A stretch of DNA of 13,965 nucleotides, taken from Promethearchaeota archaeon. GTDB taxonomy: Archaea > Asgardarchaeota > Lokiarchaeia > Sigyniarchaeales > SOKP01. Of the stretch, positions 7,838 to 13,965 are shown piece after piece (the stretch's first letter is position 1; the number at the start of each line of letters is the position of its first letter). The notes under the pieces are model-generated. The model did not search any database and was not told where the DNA came from. It saw only the letters and a list, made by a program, of their open reading frames with translations. The stretch covers positions 1 to 13,965 of the forward strand of contig JAEOTS010000138.1 of assembly GCA_016839745.1 (NCBI GenBank). Reading direction: 5' to 3'. The position numbers and the translations under genes are program-made.

Positions 7838-8764
7838 TTATAATGTAGTCCATATTGGATTTCTAGTAAGCCAAATCTTTTCTGTAATCTTATATTTATC
7901 AAATTTGTTCCAATTTACGTAAAAAATCTGGTTATCACTAAGATCTGCAGTATTTAATGTTGAAATGAATTTGAGATCGTCTAATCTTTTAATCCTATTA
8001 TTGCTAAGCCATAAATCCTTTAAACTCTTAAGGGTATCAATATTCTTTAGTTCGTAAATTTGATTGTTTTCAAGATATAGTTCGATTAACTTCGAAAGAT
8101 TCTCGAGTCCTTTTATTTCTGTAATTTTATTATCATTAAGGTTCAATTTTTCTAAATTTTTAAGATTCTCAAGTCCCTTTATTTCTGAAATCTGATTTCC
8201 GCGAAGGTATAATTTATCTAGATTTGTTAGGGTTTCAAGTCCTTTTATTTCTGTAATTTGATTGTTCTGAAGACCTAAAAGTTTTAATTTGGATAACGAT
8301 TCCAGTCCTTTAATTTCCGAAATCTGATTAATTTCTGAAGAACCAATATACTTTTTATAATTCCCTATACTAAAAATTTCTAAATTAGTAAGTTTCTTGA
8401 GCCCTTTTATCTCGGAAATCTGATTATTACCAAGATTTAGAATTTTCAATTTTCTTAGTGAATCAATATTTTTTATTTCTTTAATTTGATTCAAATTAAG
8501 GGTTAACCTGACTAAATTGGTAAGATTCTCAAGTCCTTCTATTTCTAAAATCTGATTTCCCGTAAGATCTAGCTCTTCCAAATCTTTTAAATTCTCTAAT
8601 CCCCTAATTTTCGATATTTTACTACCAGTAATTAATAATTTTTTTAAGTTTTTTAGAGATTCCAGCCCTTCGATATCTGAAATGTCACTTAATAGAGAAT
8701 TCTGAATTTTTAATTCTCCATCTCTATTTACCTTATAAGTAATTTCATCGTAAATTACTGGCAT
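7838..8764 (-). CDS. SDS22-like leucine-rich repeat protein
   Basis: About 11 repeats of 22 aa with consensus NQIxEIKGLExLxNLxxLxLxx, ending in a cap-like WLTRNPI. Confidence 0.95.
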   Translation of the reverse strand: MPVIYDEITYKVNRDGELKIQNSLLSDISDIEGLESLKNLKKLLITGSKISKIRGLENLKDLEELDLTGNQILEIEGLENLTNLVRLTLNLNQIKEIKNIDSLRKLKILNLGNNQISEIKGLKKLTNLEIFSIGNYKKYIGSSEINQISEIKGLESLSKLKLLGLQNNQITEIKGLETLTNLDKLYLRGNQISEIKGLENLKNLEKLNLNDNKITEIKGLENLSKLIELYLENNQIYELKNIDTLKSLKDLWLSNNRIKRLDDLKFISTLNTADLSDNQIFYVNWNKFDKYKITEKIWLTRNPIWTTL

Positions 8765-8767
8765 AAT

Positions 8768-9916
8768 TCACTTTTGCTTAGACAAATATCTTATTTTAAC
8801 CAATAAATCTCTTAATTCCATTTTATCATTATCTGTAGTTATATACTTTTTCTTAACGCCTTCAGAAAGAGGAATCATCTCGATTTTATTTCCTTGAAGT
8901 GATACCATGTTACCAAACTTGCCCTCTAATACAAGTGTCATAGCTGCAAGTCCAAATCGTAATCCTAAAATTCGATCGAAAGAGTTGGGCGTTCCTGCTC
9001 GCATCGTATGCCCAAGAACTACACTTCTACACTCAAACTCAACTCCATTATTTTTAAATTCCACTTTTAGATCCTCTCGAAGGTTTAACTCATCAACTAA
9101 TATTTTTGATATATTTAATTTAACGAGTAAAGGATTACCATATGCATCTTTTGGTAATTTAGCGATAGTTGCTTTCGAAATAGTTTTAAAATCTCTTTCT
9201 AACGATTCATTTTTAGGATAAGCACCCTCAGAAGTTGCTATAATGTGGTATGTATATCCCGCATTTACTCTATTTCTAAGTACATCAACAACATCCTTTT
9301 CGAAATCGAATGGCGTTTCAGGAATTAGTATTATATCAGCACCAGCAGAAATTCCACTATACATTGTAAGAAATCCTGCATCTCTGCCCATAATTTCTAC
9401 AACAAAAACTCGTTGGTGCGACCTAGCTGTAGTTGTTAGATTATCCATTGCATTAGAAGCAAGCTGCACAGCGCTCCAGAACCCAAACGTGTAATGTGTC
9501 CCTGCTAGATCATTATCAATCGTTTTGGGACATCCGATTACATTTGCATTTGCGTATTTGCACATAGCGTCGGCAACGCTTAAAGTGTCGTCCCCTCCGA
9601 TCGCGATTAAAGCGTCAATTCCTAATTCTTCTAATTTATCTACCAATACATGAGCAACTTTTTCTTTAGATTCAGCTCCTTTAAATGGATTGGTTCTACT
9701 TGTGTATAATATAGTCCCTCCAATAGTATGTAAATCATCCTGTTCTGCAATATTGAGTGGTATTGTTAAATTTTCTATAAGACCCTTCCAACCTTTAAGA
9801 ATTCCAACACATTCTATTCCTGCGTCATAAGCTTTTAACATTATTCCATAGATTACCGAATTTAAGCCTGGACAATCTCCGCCTCCTGTGAGGATTCCAA
9901 TTTTTTTAATTGTCAT
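8768..9916 (-). CDS. pfp: 6-phosphofructokinase, PfkA family, probably pyrophosphate-dependent
   Basis: TGGGDCPGLN, GGTILYTSR, GGDDT, PKTIDND, EIMGRDAG and LGHTMRAG motifs. GGDD plus Lys in PKTIDND is the PPi signature. Confidence 0.88.
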   Translation of the reverse strand: MTIKKIGILTGGGDCPGLNSVIYGIMLKAYDAGIECVGILKGWKGLIENLTIPLNIAEQDDLHTIGGTILYTSRTNPFKGAESKEKVAHVLVDKLEELGIDALIAIGGDDTLSVADAMCKYANANVIGCPKTIDNDLAGTHYTFGFWSAVQLASNAMDNLTTTARSHQRVFVVEIMGRDAGFLTMYSGISAGADIILIPETPFDFEKDVVDVLRNRVNAGYTYHIIATSEGAYPKNESLERDFKTISKATIAKLPKDAYGNPLLVKLNISKILVDELNLREDLKVEFKNNGVEFECRSVVLGHTMRAGTPNSFDRILGLRFGLAAMTLVLEGKFGNMVSLQGNKIEMIPLSEGVKKKYITTDNDKMELRDLLVKIRYLSKQK

Positions 9917-9993
9917 TTGATTTCACACTTATGATATATCAATTTTAAATATAAGTATCTAATTAGAAATAATGATAATTTCATTTATTACTT

Positions 9994-10563
9994 TTAATTT
10001 AGTTCTTTATTTTCGAATTTTTCAAACGAGTATTTTGATTCATCCGTTGGAATAATATAGCTTCCTCCCCCGGAATCAGTTATTATTAAAGTGAATTTAA
10101 ATTCTCCTTTTGACGCTTTTTGAAGATCCTGTAAAATTTTATCTATTTCCTCTATTTGAACATCGTCATCATCGAGATTTTTGCGATAAATTGAAACAGC
10201 ATTTTCAAATCTAAATAATATGCCTTCCACATTGGTGTAGTAGAAATCTGCGTTTGGACCAGGCTCCACAAATAGTTCCAACTCAGGAATCTCTAATCTT
10301 CCAACGGGGGAACGATAGATTTTTGATTTTAAATCTTTTTCATTCGAAACTCTCAAAGTCATTATTCCTGGAGTATTGTTGGTGGTTAGTGGAATAACAT
10401 CATTATTAGAAAATTCGCAAACATCACATTCAAACTTAATAAGTAACATTTTATCTCCGTCAGGTACGTCATATGTAGTTTTAGTAATTTTTATTTTACC
10501 TTTTTTGCAGGTAGGACATTTGAATGAAAATTCCACTTCTTCATTTTTTGATTTTTCTGACAT
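9994..10563 (-). CDS. Archaeal ZPR1 zinc-finger protein
   Basis: CPTC-x26-CDVC zinc finger followed by the ZPR1 A-domain motifs IPELELFVEPGP, TNVEGIL and FTLIITDSGGGSYI. Confidence 0.92.
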   Translation of the reverse strand: MSEKSKNEEVEFSFKCPTCKKGKIKITKTTYDVPDGDKMLLIKFECDVCEFSNNDVIPLTTNNTPGIMTLRVSNEKDLKSKIYRSPVGRLEIPELELFVEPGPNADFYYTNVEGILFRFENAVSIYRKNLDDDDVQIEEIDKILQDLQKASKGEFKFTLIITDSGGGSYIIPTDESKYSFEKFENKELN

Positions 10564-10728
10564 CGTTAATCACTTTCTATATTTTTGAAGGTTAAATTAC
10601 AGTTATTGTTAATTTTCATCAATTTAAGTGGCGTCCTTATAAATTTTTTCCAGAAATTTTTAATTTATTGCTAGTTACTTTACCTTAATAGTTCTATTTA
10701 CGATAATTTTATAAGTTTTCCAAAAAAA

Positions 10729-10747
10729 AAAACTATATTATAGTTTT
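10729..10747. promoter_or_regulatory. Perfect 19-bp palindrome, candidate transcription-factor operator
   Basis: AAAACTATA-T-TATAGTTTT in the divergent ZPR1/oxidoreductase intergenic region, about 55 bp upstream of the gamma-subunit start. Confidence 0.45.
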
Positions 10748-10802
10748 ACGGCTTTTATTATTATCAAAATTATAAGATCAAATAAATCAAGGATGGAAAA
10801 AA

Positions 10803-11387
10803 TTGACGGATAATGGAATAATAGAAATCACTTTTCATGGTCGAGGGGGTCAAACAGCTATCACTGCTAGTCAACTACTAGCGCAATTGGCTTATGAGGA
10901 AAGTTTTATAGATGCCATTGCAATACCTATTATTGGAGCTGAGAGGAGAGGAGCCCCTATCCAAGCGTTTACTAAGCTATCAAGGAATAAAACGATTAAA
11001 ACATACGATAGCGTAACCGATCCCGATTATATGTTAATTTTTGACCCCTCCCTGTTAGAGATTCCTAGAGTTTTGGAGACAGTAAAAAGTGGAGTTACAT
11101 TATTAATTAATACCAAAAATCCTATCGATACTTGTGAATTTCCCGAAAACATAAAAATTTTTATTGTTGATGCTACAGGAATCTGTATAAAATTAGGATT
11201 TATGCATTCGAGTGGACCGATATTAAACATTCCAATGCTTGGGGCATTTGGACAGTTATCCGGATTTTATAACTTAGACACGATGAAAAAAGTGATCTAT
11301 AGTGAATTTGGAGAGACTAGGGGTAAGAAGAATCTAGAAGTAGCTATCGAGGCTTACAATAATGTTAAGGAGGTTGAATTTGAATGA
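10803..11387 (+). CDS. porG: 2-oxoacid (pyruvate/ketoisovalerate):ferredoxin oxidoreductase gamma subunit
   Basis: HGRGGQ, GAERRGAP, VDATGI and NIPMLGA motifs. TTG start; ATGA overlap with the delta gene. Confidence 0.92.
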   Translation: MTDNGIIEITFHGRGGQTAITASQLLAQLAYEESFIDAIAIPIIGAERRGAPIQAFTKLSRNKTIKTYDSVTDPDYMLIFDPSLLEIPRVLETVKSGVTLLINTKNPIDTCEFPENIKIFIVDATGICIKLGFMHSSGPILNIPMLGAFGQLSGFYNLDTMKKVIYSEFGETRGKKNLEVAIEAYNNVKEVEFE

Positions 11388-11722
11388 CCAAAGTGAAATG
11401 GAAGAACATATGTGAAGATAAGGATAAAAGACCTGAAGTTCAAGAATATAAAAATTGGAAAGAATTACCCCCAATCCCAATATCACTTCCCATAAAAGGA
11501 AGTATTGGAACCACAGGAGATTGGAGAACGTTTAAACCGGTTGTAGATAGAGAAAACTGTACTAAGTGTGGCATTTGTTGGATGTATTGTCCCGAAGGTA
11601 CAATAATCAGAAATGAAGATGGAGAATTTGAAGTAGATTATGTCTATTGTAAAGGTTGTGGCATATGTGCTAAAGAGTGCCCTACAAAAAGTATTGAAAT
11701 GATTAGAGAGAGTGAAGTTTAA
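11384..11722 (+). CDS. porD: 2-oxoacid:ferredoxin oxidoreductase delta subunit (2x[4Fe-4S])
   Basis: TGDWRTFKPVV, CTKCGICWMYCPE and YCKGCGICAKECP. GGAGGT SD upstream. Confidence 0.95.
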   Translation: MTKVKWKNICEDKDKRPEVQEYKNWKELPPIPISLPIKGSIGTTGDWRTFKPVVDRENCTKCGICWMYCPEGTIIRNEDGEFEVDYVYCKGCGICAKECPTKSIEMIRESEV

Positions 11723-11723
11723 T

Positions 11724-12980
11724 ATGGTTGAAGCACAAGAAGATTTTATTCAGGAAAGAGAAACAAAAATAATTAAAGGAAATGTGGCTGCAGCTTACGC
11801 TGCGAAATCTGCAAGGGTCCAAGTGATAAGTGCCTATCCTATTACGCCTCAAACTACTGTGGTAGAAAAATTATCAGAGTTTGCAGATAATGGTGAGATG
11901 CCAGGAACTCAATATATTAAAGTTGAATCCGAACATTCGGTTATGGCTTCAATTATAGGCGCAAGCACTGCAGGGACTCGCACCTTCACTGCTACTTCGG
12001 GACAAGGATTATTTTACATGTATGAGATGGTTCATTGGGCGGCAGGTGCGCGATTGCCCATAGTAACTACCATCGCTTCGAGAGGTCCTGCTCCTCCATG
12101 GAACATTTGGGCAGACTTTACTGATATAATAAGTTGCAGAGATACCGGATGGATGATTTCATTTGCATCAAGTCATCAAGAGATTTATGATGATATTTTA
12201 ATGTCCTATAAAATTAGCGAAGATCACGATATTTTATTGCCTAAATTCGTAGCTTATGGTGGATTTACTCTTTCCCATACATCTAAACCTGTAACCATCG
12301 AGGACCAAGATGATGTCGATGATTTTCTACCACCACTCCCGGATGAGAGAGGATGGCCCCACATTTTTCTCGATCCTGAAAGACCAATGATGCACGGGAA
12401 TTTAATCATGCCATCTGGTTTTTACAACGAATTTAGGTTAAAAATCCATTATACTCATATGCTTGCTAAACAAAAAATTAAGGATGTCGCAGCGGAATTT
12501 GAGAAAAAATTTGGTAGACCATATGGAAATGGGTTAATCGAAGAATATAAAATGAAAGATGCAGAAGTTGCTATACTTAATTATGGTGAACTCGCTATGC
12601 AGATGGAAGAAGCGGTTGATGCTCTTAGGAATGAAGGATATAAGGTGGGATGTGTAAAATTAAGATATTTACGACCCTTTCCCGTTGAAGACATAATTCA
12701 GATTGCTAATAAAGTTAAAGTTCTTGGAGTTGCTGATAGAGCTACTGCGTTTGGATCCCCAACTGGGGGGCCAGTAAGTAGTGAAGTGTTAACAGCTCTA
12801 TACGGTTCTGGAGCAACCACAAAAGTTTTACCAATCGTGATGGGTTTAGGCGGTAGAGAAGTTGGATTAGAACAACAGAAAAATCAATTAAAAGTATTGA
12901 GTAAATTAAGTGAAACTGGAGAACTCCCAAAAGACATGATTGAAGGAACTTTCTGGGATGGATTATTGGAGGTTGATTAA
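11724..12980 (+). CDS. porA: 2-oxoacid:ferredoxin oxidoreductase alpha subunit (POR/VOR, VOR-like)
   Basis: AYPITPQT, VESEHS, RTFTATSGQGL, RPFP and GLGGR motifs. ATG at 11724, 1 nt after the delta stop, preferred over GTG at 11712. Confidence 0.93.
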   Translation: MVEAQEDFIQERETKIIKGNVAAAYAAKSARVQVISAYPITPQTTVVEKLSEFADNGEMPGTQYIKVESEHSVMASIIGASTAGTRTFTATSGQGLFYMYEMVHWAAGARLPIVTTIASRGPAPPWNIWADFTDIISCRDTGWMISFASSHQEIYDDILMSYKISEDHDILLPKFVAYGGFTLSHTSKPVTIEDQDDVDDFLPPLPDERGWPHIFLDPERPMMHGNLIMPSGFYNEFRLKIHYTHMLAKQKIKDVAAEFEKKFGRPYGNGLIEEYKMKDAEVAILNYGELAMQMEEAVDALRNEGYKVGCVKLRYLRPFPVEDIIQIANKVKVLGVADRATAFGSPTGGPVSSEVLTALYGSGATTKVLPIVMGLGGREVGLEQQKNQLKVLSKLSETGELPKDMIEGTFWDGLLEVD

Positions 12981-12982
12981 AT

Positions 12983-13921
12983 ATGGTATCTCTTAAAGAA
13001 GCATTAGAAATAGGACAAGAAGAATATTTTTTAGCAGGGAATTCCACGTGTGCGGGATGTGGTCTTGAAATCGCTTTAAGATGGGCTATGAAAGCACTTG
13101 GACCAAATACATCCTTGGTTACACCAGCAAGTTGTTTAAATGTTGTTGTAGGTTTATGGCCAAAGACAGCACCAAATTTTCCATTTATGAATATGGCATT
13201 TGCAGCAGCTGCAGCTGCGGCAACGGGAGTTTCTGCAGCTTTTAAAGCAAAATCTCATAAATTTCCAGGCAAAATCTGGGAAAAAATGACGACCCTAGTT
13301 TTTGCAGGTGATGGAGGTACTACAGATATCGGAATTCAAGGTTTAAGTGGTGCTGCTGAAAGAAATTCCAATATTATTTATTGTTGTTACGATAACGAAG
13401 CATACATGAATACCGGGATTCAAAGATCTTCTAGTACTCCTCATGGAGCAATAACAACTACAACCACATTAGGAAAGGAACGATACAAGAAAAATTTACC
13501 GAGGATAATGGCAGCACACGAAATCCCTTATGTAGCCACATGTTCTGTAAGCGAACCTCTCGATATCTATGAGAAATTTAAAAAAGCAAAATCAATTGAA
13601 GGATGTAAATACATCCACATTTTAGCTTCTTGTCCTCCTGGATGGGGTATTGCATCCGAAGATTCTATTGAAATACCTCGGTTAGCAGTTAAAACAGGTT
13701 CATGGATTTTATACGAAATCGAAAATGGCGTTTTAACATTATCAAAGAAAAGTAAATCATTATTAGATCCATCAAAAAGAGCTCCGTTAATTGATTACTT
13801 ATCGAGACAAAAACGATTTTCAAAATTGTCTGAAAAAGACTTAATTGAACTTCAAGAAATACTCGATCTTCAGTGGTCTAAAATCGCTGATGAATTATCC
13901 TGCCAAGAAAATCATCAGTGA
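12983..13921 (+). CDS. porB: 2-oxoacid:ferredoxin oxidoreductase beta subunit (TPP-binding)
   Basis: CAGC, TPP motif GDGGTTDIG...DNEAYMNTGIQRS and CPPGW. GGAGGT SD at 12968-12973. Confidence 0.95.
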   Translation: MVSLKEALEIGQEEYFLAGNSTCAGCGLEIALRWAMKALGPNTSLVTPASCLNVVVGLWPKTAPNFPFMNMAFAAAAAAATGVSAAFKAKSHKFPGKIWEKMTTLVFAGDGGTTDIGIQGLSGAAERNSNIIYCCYDNEAYMNTGIQRSSSTPHGAITTTTTLGKERYKKNLPRIMAAHEIPYVATCSVSEPLDIYEKFKKAKSIEGCKYIHILASCPPGWGIASEDSIEIPRLAVKTGSWILYEIENGVLTLSKKSKSLLDPSKRAPLIDYLSRQKRFSKLSEKDLIELQEILDLQWSKIADELSCQENHQ

Positions 13922-13965
13922 AGCCTTTTTGATTATAAAAATTAGCAATAATCCAATTGAATCCA

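Noticed and set aside
7960-8700. 66-bp periodic repeats as a CRISPR array
   Set aside because: The repeats are degenerate, in frame and fully explained by LRR coding.
11384-11387. UGA stop of the gamma subunit as selenocysteine readthrough
   Set aside because: It is a standard ATGA translational-coupling overlap, and the gamma subunit is full length.
618-13047. Short ORFs overlapping larger genes (618-842, 1787-2038, 3037-3246, 3523-3768, 5459-5641, 6056-6250, 6665-6847, 8907-9221, 9243-9494, 10376-10588, 11027-11230, 12742-13047)
   Set aside because: They are antisense or alternate-frame shadows of well-supported genes, with no recognisable motifs.
13895-13965. Possible 3' end of a minus-strand gene overlapping the beta-subunit stop
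   Set aside because: Two minus frames are open for a short stretch, but there is too little sequence to support a call.

Overview
An AT-rich, densely coding archaeal chromosomal segment. The low GC, poly-T terminators, single-module ZPR1, four-subunit 2-oxoacid:ferredoxin oxidoreductase and SDS22-type LRR protein suggest an Asgard archaeon, probably Lokiarchaeia (inference, not proven). In order, it encodes: the 5' end of a probable HerA/DUF87-type ATPase (minus strand, missed by the ORF track), an internally duplicated 4-TM membrane protein, an FGGY sugar kinase, an orphan protein with a C-terminal Zn ribbon, an uncharacterised 383-aa protein with AbiEii/DUF1814-like nucleotidyltransferase motifs, a CFFC glutaredoxin-like protein, an MFS transporter, an acyl-CoA dehydrogenase with an IVD/LCAD-type active site, an SDS22-like LRR protein coupled to a probably PPi-dependent phosphofructokinase, ZPR1, and a complete gamma-delta-alpha-beta POR/VOR operon (VOR-like). 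I saw no RNA genes, CRISPR arrays or mobile elements. The best candidate for an undescribed system is the divergent cassette Zn-ribbon <- -> NTase -> glutaredoxin (2650-5006), which rests on motif recognition and adjacency only.
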